Source: Enoplolaimus lenunculus (lineage: Eukaryota). Taken from it: 64,000 nucleotides of DNA. Positions 27,001-40,119 of this stretch are shown here, piece after piece. A model generated the notes under the pieces. It made no database searches. It saw only the letters and a list, made by a program, of their open reading frames with translations, and was not told the DNA's origin. The stretch covers positions 124,001 through 188,000 of the forward strand of contig JASANG010000864.1 in the NCBI GenBank assembly GCA_030248215.1. Direction: 5' to 3'. Every line of letters starts with the position of its first letter. Within the stretch, counting starts at the first letter, position 1. Both the position numbers and the translations under genes were made by a program.

Positions 27001-28448
27001 AGAAAACGGCGACGGTTTCAATATCAAATTTACGCGGTGGTAGGGTTAATCAATTGCAAGAAATGTTACAAAGTTGTAACCTCACTATTTTGTGGTTAGA
27101 AAAATATCACCAACTTGCAATAGGTACTGCGCACATCGAAGACTGCGAGCCTTAAACTTACATTTTGAGTTTTTAAACATGACAATAATATTGTGCATAT
27201 TCTAGAAAGTCCTGCTGGCAAGTTCACCGCCATTATTCGAATTACTGGTTGAACAGAAAACAACGCATAATCCAGCAATAAGTGCGCGTAAATTGGATAA
27301 TTTTTAATGCTGGGCTAATAGCGGCTTATTTGGGATGAATAGTGTAACGCTTCATGCGGCAACAGGAACTGGGTTATTGGATGTAATTTCTAACGATTAA
27401 AAAAATTTTATACTGAACTGTCTATAGAAACAGCTTAGTTGGATCTAGACTGGATGGTACAAGAGTGTATAACGTATGAATTTATCGTGTTGCAAAATTT
27501 ACCAGCGTACATTGCATTTTTTGATGCCGTTCATTGTGCAGTTGGCAGTTTGTTCTGAGTTTCAATGCGTGCTAACTTTTTAGAAACGTATAGAGCTTGT
27601 TAAGAATATATACGGATCATGGTAATTAACATGGAAACATACGGTAGTTTCTCACTAGTTGACGTCAAATTTGTGCCCCACCCATAAATTGAGTGGGGTA
27701 CGAACAAAACGCAACGACAACGCATGTCGGGTCAATTCTTTCTTACATACAATGTACCCAGTTGCACACTCTTGTTTAACAGTATTATCCACTCTTGCTT
27801 GGATTAAAGTTTTTATTATATTTTGTTTCACTTAATAAATAATCAAAATTAAGGATGACGAAACCTTAGCTTGCAGTAGTCAAGTAAACCAAATAAAGAT
27901 ACGCATTTGCGTTTTGATGAAAGTAACTGTTATGTACGTTGTAAGATGCTATTAATGTTAATGTGTGCAGTATTTACTTCGAGTTTGTTATCAATCAGCC
28001 ATAGTTTGGTGAAGAGTCGATTAGCAATATTAATTGATCATTTTCCATCATAGTTATGAAATTTGAAAGCAGCAATGATCACAATTTGTGCACATCTATG
28101 TCGTCCGTTCTGTGTACAAGTGATATAGCATTCAAATAAATAATACAACTTTGTGTATAGTTGTGTTAAGAGTGAAATATTACGTATATCCTTAAATACA
28201 GTGAGCGTTTTTGTCATTTTTGAGAATTAAACTTAAACTTCGTGGAACTATAACAGACTTACATTGTGTAAATAATATAGCGTTTGAGTTCGCAAACAAA
28301 CTTTTTTTGAGCTTTTGGTTTAGTATTTTTCTGACTTTTTGGATAAATACCGTGATTGTTTATTTGTTTGTTTGTTACAGATGAACTATCGGGTGAAAAC
28401 AACGGCAATCATTGTGACAGCGACAATGAATTTGAAGTTATATCCTAA
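21039..28448 (+). CDS. ATG4: Cysteine protease ATG4, paralogue 2 (5' end uncertain)
   Basis: Exons 21240-21293, 21664-21735, 22285-22383, 22740-22832, 23406-23478, 23884-24787, 25416-25494, 25994-26130, 26708-26764, 27206-27281 (or 27287), 28381-28448. A putative upstream exon ends at 21091 (ORF 20821-21099). Motifs: [83 protein letters not shown]-stop. Confidence 0.93.
24878..25118. repeat. GC-rich dispersed repeat with AACCGCGGTT/CGCG motifs
   Basis: A related segment lies at about 28570-28825. Both end in (g)cacttaattctgtcc, also seen near 34195. Confidence 0.5.
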
Positions 28449-30798
28449 GTAATGGTTTTCTTTTGAGGCATTGTTTTGTTGTGCAGTTATAGATGAGGTT
28501 CAACTGGAGGTGGAAAAAACTAGGGAAGCGAAATTACAGTATATGGATAGAATCAAATGCAACAATCTGTGATCGCGTTCCAAGCAGCGGTTTTGATCAC
28601 GATTGGCGTTTTCTTGGACGCAATCGCTCGGAGACACTATTTGCGCTACTCGCGGTTACTTAGCATTACCTTTTCAATCGCTTGTAAACATGGTTAAAAC
28701 CGGTGTTTACAATGTGACTTCGACTGCGTCTGTAGCGCGACTGGTCGCGAACAAACACATGCAGCCGCTATTGGCGAACCACGACCGCAGACGTAACCGG
28801 GATTGCGGCGCACTTGATTCTGTCCTCACTGGGGGGTAATACGAATAATGTTGAATTTGAAAATCTTAAGAATAACCTGCAAAGTGATTTTAGACAATTG
28901 TTTTTCAGCTTTTCTTTTGAGAAAACTCTTCAACCAAAGTATTGAAAATTGCCCCAAAGCTACGGATAAAACGTTATACTATCAAAATTGTTGAAATCCA
29001 GCAAAAACTTTGCCGGAGCCGGAGATCTATTGTTGTCGGGTTCGGAGGCAGACCTCTGGTTGTACCCACGTTCTGTCGGTTTGTGATTAAACGAGGTTGG
29101 TGTAGTTTAACATCCTTTTTGGCACCAAGCGGAAGCAATACCAGAGCTGGAATTAAAGCAATACCAATACCAAAACTACGGAATATATTATACAAAGAAT
29201 CAAAGTTTGTTTTTGAGAATTTATTGTTTGTGCAATCCTAGTGTTATATATTCAAATTGGAAAACTTAATGACAACTCAACCTTAACGATACTAACAAAC
29301 TAATTGAGTGTCTTAATTTAAAAATAACAAAGATTTCCACAATGAAATTGTAGGAATTTCACGCGTAAGCTTGGCGTATGAAACGAGCGGTTACAAAGAG
29401 GTCGCTGAGCGGCATCATAAGAAGGAGTGTGAAAAGCATGGTGTTTATTGTTTATATTGCAAATATCTTGCGACTTGTTTATATTGCAAATATCTTGCGA
29501 AAGTTTTGCCATGTGTCGTGTGTAATGTTCGTCATTTATTGAAACTAAATAAATTTTTAGTGCGTCTGGTTTTGTTGCTCTCCGTCTATAACATGCCAGA
29601 TTGGCTTATTTTTAGAACGGTTACCAAAATCTGGTTAAGGGCGCGAAAGCATAATCAGGTTTGTTTCATGTTTCGTGTTGGGGGCAGAAACTTATTAAAT
29701 GTGTAACCGGACCGGAAGAAACAGGAGCCGATGCACAAAGTTTGCCCTATGTGGAGCGCAATAAAGTTATAACTTTAATGTTGAATTTCAAAATTTTAAT
29801 GTGCCAAACGTCTAATTAAACCGGAGTTGGGGGTCGATTTACTGCTAGAGCCACTGCATGAGTCGTGTCTGATCGCACGTTAACATTTCTGCTCTGTGAG
29901 TTGCGACAGTTGGCATTAATTATTTAAGACAAAGCGAAGTGCATAATGTGTAGCACCTATTACATGGTGTAACTGGATATACGTTACTGTAGAGAGCTCA
30001 GTGTTCGTTTTGTTATGCAACAGCCGAAAATTCAGCCACCCTTGGTTGATGATATTGTTTCTGTGTATTTGTTTGCTTTGTGAACTTTTTGCTTCATGTT
30101 ATTTTTTCAACAAAATTTATTGGGCTCTTGAAAAATCTGTATATACTTGATCGAATTGACACCAAAATAACTTTCGAAAATTTAAAACTAATTTCGTTTT
30201 TCTGTTTCCTTTATTTTAATCGCGATACATTTCGGGTATTTTTACTAAAATTTACACACTCTACCTATCGTTAAATAGTGTTAAGCAGGCTGCAACCGTA
30301 GGTGAAAACCGAAACCGCAGAGGTGCAAACAAGTTTCCGAAGCCGGATGTGAAGCAAAATTAGATATTAAAAAAACTGATGTTGAAATAGCCTATTTTAA
30401 GTATAATCATGTTTGTGCTCGGGTTAAAATTTTACCACAGCCGGAGGTCATTTTTCTGCAGGAGTCTGATGCAGACCATCGGTTGTACCCTGGTGGTAAA
30501 GTTATAGAAACGTGATTTGTTCGACAACCGCTAGTCTTATTTTGGGCAACAACTTTGCGTGACTAGCAGCCAAAGATGTGTTCTAAATTTTAAAAATCAT
30601 ACATCGTTTTAATTTTAGTATTAGCAACTAACGGATAAACTTTATACTACTGTACTAATACTACTTAATATAGTAATTTGCGAATGAGATTGTTGAAACG
30701 TAAACACATTATTTAACCAATGTAACATGGTTTGTTAAACTTCCTGTGATCATTTGTTTACTATGCATGGTTCAGCTAATGCACCTTTCGTACTAGTC

Positions 30799-33700
30799 AT
30801 GAAATCGAGGCAGAATAATCCATTGCGGTAAGTTGCATCAAATAGTATTGATTACGCAAGTAGTACATGTGAAACTGTGTGCTCGTGTATACTTAGCGTC
30901 ACAAGCTTAAGCTTAATCCAAAACCTAAATTTCAAACTACTTACATTCTGCAAAAGTTTGAAAGCTGTGTAACCAAAGTTTACTAGAACTAAACTTAAAA
31001 ACCACTTTTTCAATATGTGCCGTTTTTCGAACTCGTAGTCCTGTTTGATATTATATCAAATGTATGACGCTAGCGGAAATAGGTTTATACTTTAACATTG
31101 CAAGCTGAGTATTTTGCAGGGTTCCAATAGGAACTAAATTTTTCCGGAACAAAAACAAAAACAGGAATTGAATTTCTTTGCAGGAATCGGAATAGGAATA
31201 GGAACCGGAATTTGAAATAATTTTCATCACCGAATTACTGTTGGACTTTTTAGAAAACTTGACAAAAATGAAAAATGGCTTAAGCGAATTTTCAGCTATT
31301 TCATCATCAAGTTTTGTGAAACCACTCCGAATTAGGAATTGAATTTTTGCAGGAATTCCGGCCGGAATTGGAATTCCGGTGGAACCCTGGTATTTTGCGA
31401 TTTGTTGTATGTTTATTGTGAGAAATACTGCGGCAATTTGTTAAGTAACGCCTGGTTTTCACGAAATCACATATAGGTTTTTCTGTTTGAAATTTAATAG
31501 AACGCCAATGCTTACTAACTTTCAAAGGTTAATTACTGCGCAACTGATGTAAACTATATTATGCAAAATTTAGGTCACATTTTTTATTTTCGCTAAATGG
31601 TTCTTAGCGGATTAGTTTTGGGGACTCGCCTATTTTTTGTCTTCATCATAGCTATAACAGCGCCGCTTACAAGGCGAGGGATAGATGAGGATATAAACCT
31701 TGCCGAAATGTACGAACAGAACAAATAAAATCATATTTAACTGGTTTTAGGCTATTATTCTGGGTGCTGAAGGTTAGAAATGCCGTTTACATGAGAAAAA
31801 TGACATTTACATGAGCTTTATACGTTCACAAGCTTAAATCTTTGCTACGCCCCTGCTCTATGAATATAACGTTCTTTGCAGTTACAAAAGACTCAAAACT
31901 GGTGCTATGATTGCATTCGTCTTAGTTGCCGTGTATGTTTTGTATTCATTGCGCAACGGTCCAGTGATGTTCATTAACTATATAAACGTTCGACCCGGAA
32001 GTATTTTCGACTCAGGTATAGCAGCAGGACAAGTAGCATTGACAACAGCAATTGATGTAACGAACGGTTACTCGACTAATAATTCGACAGGTTTGACCGG
32101 AGTTAACTCGCAGATTCAATTTGATACCGGTCAAGATGCAAACAAGCTGCTGGCAGCGACCAACGGGCAAACTCCAAACGATACTAGTATACGGATTTCC
32201 GCTAAGTCGACGACAACATCAACGGGGTTAGTGGGTAATAATCCATCAGCACATAAACATTTGGAAACACTGCCAGATTTAAATGCAAACGCAAATTCAA
32301 GTCAGAAACTTTTGTTGCTGGCAGGCGCAAAGAACTCGTCTAATCAAGAACCGCTCGTCGGGCAAGATCCATCGCTGAAGCTGTGTCCGATTACCCCACA
32401 GCCTTTGGGTATGTTTGGCTAATTTTTGTTTTTGGCGTGCGTAAAATTGCATTCACGCGTGCAAACTTTGCAACGAGAACTCGCAGTTGCAACGTGCAGT
32501 TGCAAGTTTTGTTCGAAAACCCATTATAAAGCTTGCAGCTGCAAGTTATTGCTGTCGAAAATTTGCACGTGTGAATTGGGTTAACAATTTTCAGGTTTGT
32601 ATTGGGCAATTTTGGAAAGTTATTTCGGAAGCTAGCGAAACGATTTCTGGAAAGTCAAATATTTTAAGTTAAAGTTCTCGTAATTGTCTATCATTGTTCG
32701 CTATAAAATCAAAACAGTTTAATTTTTACGCGTACAATGCTGTGGCTGGCAGCGATGGAGTCCCGGCAGCTATCGGGTTTCATCTGGTGTTTGTCTCGGT
32801 TTGAATTTTTGAGTCTCGATAGGTTTACAATTCGAGATCGAGATTCCGAAATCTAATTGACCAATAATTAAACTTCCAAAATATTTTTCTCTTAATTCAG
32901 AAGTAGTGGTTTTTTGCTAACTGATAATCGTAGACAAATTATTCGTTTGCTGAAAAATTGGGTTTTTTGTTGGTTGAATTTGTTATGCTTAGCTCTATCT
33001 TTCGGTGTGATTTTGTTACTAACTTGCCCATTAGTGCCTTGTGTGCGTTTTAGTTGGCCCAATTCTTATCTGGATGGAAGTGTTGTCTTTTGACGAAATT
33101 TTCGCAAAGTATCCAGAGCTTGAGCCTGGCGGTAAGTTTTGTTGTTATCTGCTTAAACTGTCGATTTGTCAAAAATCCGTGATTGGTTTTTAATTATACT
33201 GGTCGAAGTAGTTGCAATATTTGCAACTGCGATGTTAACCTGTGTTTAGGAAATCACTGATTTGGATACATTTGTTTTTATATAGTGCAACGTGAATGTA
33301 AAAGTTAGCTAGAACTGTGTCCAATTTACGGTTAATCGGTGTTTATAGAAAACTGTTTGGGGCTCCTGAACTGTTTACTACATAGAATCAGAAAGTGATA
33401 TATATTGCAACTTTCAACCTTCTGAATGAAACTTGCCCAAAATGTATGGTACACTTGAATTTTTGCAACTAAAATTGACTGCAATTGTATAGGGTTTCAA
33501 AAGTACTCTTGGTATGTTTTATACGCTTGAGTAAGTGCTTTTGATTAAATGGTATGTGGATTTGTACAGTAAATATCGATGCCAGGGGTGATTATGATAT
33601 TCGAAAGTTCGGCCAATGTAAAGGGACCTGCATGATATTAAGTATAAGCCTAAACCTAAGGCTAAACATAAGTCTACGTGTAAGCATAAGCTCATCAGTC

Positions 33701-36505
33701 CCTGGTCCCCTGTCTCCCCTTTCGTAATCGTAAGCCCTTGTTGTTTGCTTGGGTCGAATTTTCTGTGTAATTTATAACATATCTTGTTTTCAGGACACAA
33801 CAAACCGTCAGATTGCTTAGCGCGTCATCGTGTTGTTATTGTTGTACCGTATCGTGATCGTGAAGATCATTTGAAAATATTTTTGCACAATTTTCATTCA
33901 CTTCTACGCAAGCAACAGCTGGATTATGCAATTATGATAGTTGAATTAGTAAGGTTTTTTGAAAAGTAAAATAATTTTAACTGGTTTATATATATATAGG
34001 CTGGACTTTTAGTAGTTTAGATTATGCGAAAACTTCAAACGCGATTATAAGTGCCAACGCAGGCACAGTGAACGCAGTCACTATTACTGGATAATTAGCT
34101 GGGTGGTTTCAGACCCCCCCGAACTGTCTTTCAGACAGCTGAAGTCTAAGCTTGATTCCCTCGAAATATTCCTCGTACCGCCAGTGGTAGCGGGTACTTA
34201 ATTCTGTCCGTGACGGTTCAACAGAGAGTAATTGTTTATATACAAGCTGCTGCGGACACGTATTGCTATATTATTTAGATTGAAGGCCAGACATTTAATC
34301 GTGCAAAATTGATGAATATTGGCTATGCGGAAGCAATGAAACGTTACGATTTTCAATGTGTAATCTTTCATGATGTTGATTTACTGCCTGAAGACGATCG
34401 TAATTTGTACAATTGTCCCGAACAACCGAGACATATGTCTGTTGCTGTAGACAAATTTGACTACAAGTAAGAGTTTGCGCTTTGCTTTTGTTGTGCGCCA
34501 CTGGGAATCATGTTTTAAAGTTTATTCTTGGGGCGACATATCTTATTTATATGAAACTAATTTTTGGAACCGGAATGCTCTGCCATGCGCCGCTTTAAAA
34601 ATTAGTTCACACCGGAACGTGGCACAGTAAAGTATAGCGCAGCAAACGCTAGATTCTTCTGCAATAACTAGTGTTCATCATAACACTGAACTTGTCTGTT
34701 ACGATCAATCAAATTTGTCGCATGGTTTTTAAATTATCGACGTGTAATTTATTAGAAGGAAGTTTTTAGTTGAACAACTACAGAACGACGTTTTGGTGTT
34801 TTCAGACTTCCATACTCGACAATCTTTGGCGGCATCACAGCGTTCACAAAAGAACAATTTGAAAAAGTAAACGGATATTCGAACGATTTTTGGGGTTGGG
34901 GTGGCGAAGATGACGAAATGTATTCCCGGTAAGTAGGTAAACTGCGTTGAAGAACTGTTCCATGATAACAACTATAGTTTCCGGCCTATAAAGTCTGAGC
35001 CTAAACCTAAGCCTAGGCTTCCCAGTCTTCCTGTCTCCTAGTGGGAATGCCCTGTAATTAACATGGGCGAGAGGCTTGTGTAACAATAGTACCAGTCGTA
35101 GTAGAACTTCATGTATTGAGCGAACCTCGGACATGTATAGTTTTTAATCAGTCTAGTTAAGCATTCCAAAGTTATAAAGCACTAAGCATTCCAAAGTTAT
35201 AAAGCACAAACCGATAGTTTGACTCATTTACTTTTCAATTAATCTAACATGCAAGTTACTTAATAGCTAACTATTTATTGATCGGTTTTAGAGGTTTATA
35301 AACAATTGAGATTTTTCGCACCCAAAAACACTTTGTACTGAATTTGATTGCTTGTAACCCTTAAAAATCAGTGAAATAATTTAAAAAGTTTTAATTTAGG
35401 CTTAACGAATTAAGCTAATATTAGCTATCTACTTAGTAATCGGCATTGAAGGTTTGTAAAAAATTTCTTCCGATTGATTGCATCAAAAACCCTACAGTAC
35501 TGAATTGTTACTTGTAACCTTAATAATCAGTGAAATAATATAAAAATTCCTAATTTAAGCTTAAAGAATTATGCAAATTACCTTGTAGCTAGAAAACTGC
35601 TTATAATTTTCAAATTCAAATGCGACGTTAACACCAGGATAATAAGCTTTCAAACAAAAAAGTTTATCAAAATCGATTCAGCGGTTCCTGAGATTGTTTG
35701 AGACGGACAGACAGATGTACAGACGGACGAACATCCACCTTTCGAACCCCGAGTAAAAAACAAAACGCTTCGCTCAATAAGGATATTCCCAACGTAAACA
35801 TATTAAGTCTCACCGTAAGGCTAAAAAACTAAGTGCAAGCCCAAGCATAAAACTACATAATTGCAAGCCTAAGTCTAAAACTAGGCGTAAGCAAACATTG
35901 GTCAAAAGCTTCATTCAAAGCGACATGAGCAGAAAGTATTCTGATAATTACGATTTTATTCCTAGAGTTACACATGCCGGTTACTCAATTTCACGATATC
36001 CGAAAAATATCGCTCGATACAAAATGATCAAACATTCACGCGAGTCTTCTAATCCAGTCAATACTTGCCGGTACGTTTTGTTTTTTTTACGTTTGAAGAT
36101 AACATAATATTCTGTTTGTTGTAAGCAAAACTAACGTCATGTTGTCTGGACAATTTTGTCTTTATGTAGGTTGTGTTTATTAATTAGCATTAGTTAATGC
36201 ACTAAATGTTGCAAAAAGCTTGCCTTTATGTACACTTATATTGTTAATTTATTTGCGTTTTAGTTGCGTTCTTAGCTGTTGATACGGATTTGTTTTGTTT
36301 CAGATATAATTTAATGTACAAGTATAAAAGTCGATACAGACATGATGGTTTGAATAGTCTGAAGTACCGAATTGTCGAATTTAAACTGGAAAGGTTGTTT
36401 ATGCGGGTCAAGGTGGATTTGCTTGAATCTGAATCGAAAGACAAGCTTGCCGCTGAGGGGGTATGTGCAGGTCGTCGCAAACGAGGCTTTAAGTTTGTTT
36501 CATAA
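30799..36505 (+). CDS. bre-4: Beta-1,4-N-acetylgalactosaminyltransferase (GT7 family, BRE-4-like); 8 exons
   Basis: Exons 30799-30827, 31882-32408, 33054-33131, 33794-33948, 34279-34466, 34806-34928, 35966-36070, 36304-36505. Type II membrane anchor followed by a Ser/Thr/Asn-rich stem. GT7 motifs: VPYRDRE, FNRAKLMNIG, FHDVDLLP (DxD), PRHMSVA, IFGG, FWGWGGEDD, YKMIKH, DGLNSL. Confidence 0.93.
31117..31389. mobile_element. hAT-type MITE with GGAATT/GGAACC subterminal repeats
   Basis: TIR CAGGGTTCCA / TGGAACCCTG and a perfect 8-bp TSD gtattttg. Confidence 0.85.
32450..32580. mobile_element. Short palindromic MITE (ATTCACGCGTGCAA / TTGCACGTGTGAAT)
   Basis: Inverted ends; a related right half lies at about 7843-7915. 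Confidence 0.6.
35160..35780 (-). mobile_element. Second, inverted copy of the DINE-1/HINE-like element, in a bre-4 intron
   Basis: Reverse complement of the head of the 17548 element (GACGGACAGACAG, CGGTTCCTGAGATTG, AAAACGCTTCGCTCAATAA) plus about 2.5 internal repeat units. Confidence 0.75.
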
Positions 36506-38006
36506 TTCAGTTATGGATGTCTTCAATCCTTGCAGAGGGTTAGATTATACGTACATTCCACGAGTGGCGCTGATCTGATTTCTTGCACCATGGCTTATGT
36601 CACGTACTGCGTGATATTGGCGGAGACTTTTAAAATAGTAACAACTGTGCGTTCCTGAGCATGTTTGAGTGGATGATCTACCGAATGACAACCGTTTTAT
36701 TTTCCGGTATTTATTATTGTTATTGCTGTTGTTAATAAAAAGAATAGTAATAATAATAATAATAATAAATATCATTCTATTGGATGAAAGCGGATGTAAC
36801 AAAGTTTAGAGAGTTTGTGTTTTTGCTTGAATGGATTGCTGAACGCTTAGAGCAACTGAGGTAATTGGAGGTTAAAATGGAAGATTGAAGTATGTATTCG
36901 TAGATTACAACTTGACAGTGGTTGGTCGGTGCGAGCTATTTGGATATGAGGCTCGTGTTAATTGTAAGGGCCTGCTTGCTGAGAAACGAGGAGACAAGGG
37001 GCATTTAGAGGGGCGGCTTAGGTTAATGGTTAGGCGTACACTTGGTCTTATGTCTACGGCTAACCTTATTCCCTATCTGTGTAGCATCAAAAGTACGGTT
37101 TCGGCAAAAACTGGCTGTTCCGATTCCGTTGTGAAAAAGCCGAATCCACAAGCGGAATTCAACAATATTCGGTAATATATGCTTACATTTTTAAACAGTA
37201 AAAATTTTAAAATAACTTGTTTTTGCTGGAATAATAAATATAAGTATTCAGGTACAAAAGCAATGTTCTATCTTCGTTGACATTCTGAAACAAAAAGTTA
37301 CCGATATTTTATCAGAAACTTGCAAAATGCAAGGTTCAGAGGCGGATTTGGCAAATTAGCAATGGATTGGGATTCGGTCAAATTGGGAGTTCTGTGTTCA
37401 ATGTTAAGCAAGCCCTTATAGTTCACATGAAGCGGATTTTAAATGGGCTATTGCCGACCCATACCAAGGCTGCGTTGAAGGGAAGTAATCAAAATGTTGT
37501 AAAACCGTATATACCTGGGTGTAAGCGGATAGTAAGAAAAACGGAAATGGATAGTAATCAAAATAACGGAAACGGAAATTGCAGTATATAAGTTTCAAAA
37601 ATGTTTTATTTTTGTGCCAACACAATTGAGGCGTGCCAAAGTTTCTCCGGGCCCGTTCAAACATTTTAAAAGTAAATGGCGCATGCATCGACATTTTTAA
37701 GATTTTGGATGAATTTTGAAATTTTTATTTCACTTCTTATAATTGCAGCATATCTGTAACGAAAAATTGTTAGATATATAAGTACGTGATTTATAACTAA
37801 GTTTAAATGTAAAAATAACAGAATTTCCGTTATTTATATAACGGAAACGGGCACCGATTTGTACCGGTTACGGTAACTGATATACGGTTATACCCCGATA
37901 TCAACGCTATATGGCTTCGGATTTGAACCAGTGTGTGTTTCTGGTAGTCTTTGCTGTTTATTTAGATACACTGTTCATTTATGAATGAGATTATTATTGG
38001 CATAGT

Positions 38007-38184
38007 GGCCCATGTTACTTTAAGGGGCGTCCAGGTTTCTGGTAGGTCTATAAAAGAGTAGGTTTAGATTCTAGATTACATTTTTTACGTATGCTTAGGC
38101 TTAGACTTAGGAACTCATTTTTGCAAGGCTTAGGCTTAGGAATACGCTTAATCTACTGTTACGCCCCTTAAAGTAACATTTGCC
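38007..38184 (-). mobile_element. TTAGGC-bearing Merlin-like MITE, subfamily 2
   Basis: TIR GGCCCATGTTACTTTAAGGGGCG / CGCCCCTTAAAGTAACATTTGCC and a perfect TSD ggcatagt. Confidence 0.88.
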
Positions 38185-38926
38185 GGCATAGTAGTAGTTT
38201 TAGCAACTTAATCAGTGATAGTAAAACCAACGGAAACGGATAGTGATCAAAATAATGGCAACAGAAATCAAATTTTTGAGCATAAAACTTTAAAATGTGT
38301 TTTTATTTTCTATAAAATATGCTAATATTTACCCGACTAAGTAAAAGTTTTGATAAAAATTAGCGAAAGCACCTAAAACTAAAGATTGTAGCACCTAAAC
38401 TAAAGATTGTAGAAAAATTTTGTTTTTTACTTCAAATCGAACAATTTCAGCATGTCAGTATTGAAAAACTGCATTAGTTTATGTGATCGTTTACTATTTT
38501 AAATTTCTATTCCGGAACCGGACATCGATTTTCATTGCAAACACATATCCGGCTTCGAACCTGAGTATTGGCGTATTTTAGACACTGTTTACATATATCG
38601 AGGGTATTACGCGTGGAGCAACAAAACGTTGCAATGTTTCTTTGTGTATTTTTGCGCAAACTTTATGTCGTGGCAAATTTTGCTTAATGCGTATATATTC
38701 CATTCTTGAGAGTTTTTCAGGCTGTATTATCATGAACAATGTATATACCTATATTGCGAAGCATAATGCGTCGGATATTAAAATGTTCGTTAATCTTTGT
38801 TATCTATACGCACACATCAGATGTGGAACCGGCGCCAGTAGACAGATGGCGCGGCGTGTAAAGCCAGCATGGCCGGCGTCAAGCGTGTTTTTGATAGCAA
38901 AATTTCTCTATATATGCACTGTTTTG

Positions 38927-39095
38927 GGCCAATAGAACAAAGCCGTAACAGAAGTGTAAGCATATTCCTAAGCTTAACCTAAGCATAAGAACGAGCTTTG
39001 TACCTAAGCCTAAGCAAAAATTATAGTCTAAAGCTTAAGCTTACTTAATTGCAGTACCACAGATACAGAGAACGCCCCTGATCTTTACATGGGAC
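38927..39095 (+). mobile_element. TTAGGC-bearing Merlin-like MITE
   Basis: GGCCAAT...CTGATCTTTACATGGGAC with TSD ctgttttg/ctggtttg. Confidence 0.8.
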
Positions 39096-39429
39096 CTGGT
39101 TTGTAAAAAACGGACAATGTGTAGATGAGTGATAATCAAGTTACAGCCGGAAATGTGCCTGTGGCTGTTTAGGTCTGGTATAATTTCCGTTGGTGTTCCG
39201 GCAGGTATTTGTTTACGTTATCAAGTTCGTTAATTTAACGTGCAACCGCTCACTCATAGATTGAACACTAACATTTATTAAACAAAAAGATGTCCAAACA
39301 CGTGAGGGTTACGTTAGTATCGCTCTACAGGCGAAATACAGAGTTGATACAATATCTGACCGGTCGTTGCTGCGTGACAATGGATGCCCGTTTGTAGAGT
39401 GTTAACGGATGTCGAAGTAGAAAAGTTTC

Positions 39430-39575
39430 GGCACAAGTTACTCCTAGGGCCGTCGCGGTTTCTGGTGGGTCTGTTAAAGAGTAGGCGTACATTCTAGACT
39501 ACATTTTTTGCTTAGGCTCAATAGGTTTAGGAATACGCTTAATCTACTGTTACGGCCCTAAAAGTAACATTGGCC
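39430..39575 (-). mobile_element. TTAGGC-bearing Merlin-like MITE, subfamily 2
   Basis: Perfect TSD aaagtttc. TIR GGCACAAGTTACT / AGTAACATTGGCC. Confidence 0.85.
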
Positions 39576-39651
39576 AAAGTTTCAAAGATGTTTTATTTTT
39601 GTGCCAATATTCACCGAGTTTTCTAAAATGTTAAATTTTGAATTAATTTAA

Positions 39652-39916
39652 CCCTTTCTCACATGAATATTTTCTATTTCCCCTGAGACATACTTTTATG
39701 CTTGGATTCGAACTCCAGTGACTGGAGTGGGAGGCGTATACCATCACCACTCAGCTATAGGAGCTTGATGCTCGAGCCCGAGGGGGCTCTCACGTCTTGT
39801 GGTGATTTAGTACTATGTATACGTGTTGCAATTGTTAAACACGGTGCGATATATACTATTTAACATATATATATACTGCGATAAGTTGCCTTAGGGCAAC
39901 TCAATGTGAGAAGGGG
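39652..39916 (-). mobile_element. piggyBac-type MITE with tRNA-like Pol III cassette (intact ends)
   Basis: TTAA|CCCTTTCTCACAT ... ATGTGAGAAGGGG|TTAA. Confidence 0.9.
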
Positions 39917-40119
39917 TTAAGTAGTAATTTGATTTCGCTTCAATCGCGGATCTGTACACATGATTTATAAGTAATTGTCAGCGTGCAAATAACAGAATTT
40001 ATGTTATTTCTACAACGGAAACGGACATCGATTGTTACCAGAATGAACTATCGACAAAATTTCAATTTAAGTGGCAACTGGCAATATAATTATTTACAAA
40101 AATAGCGAAAACACGCGTA

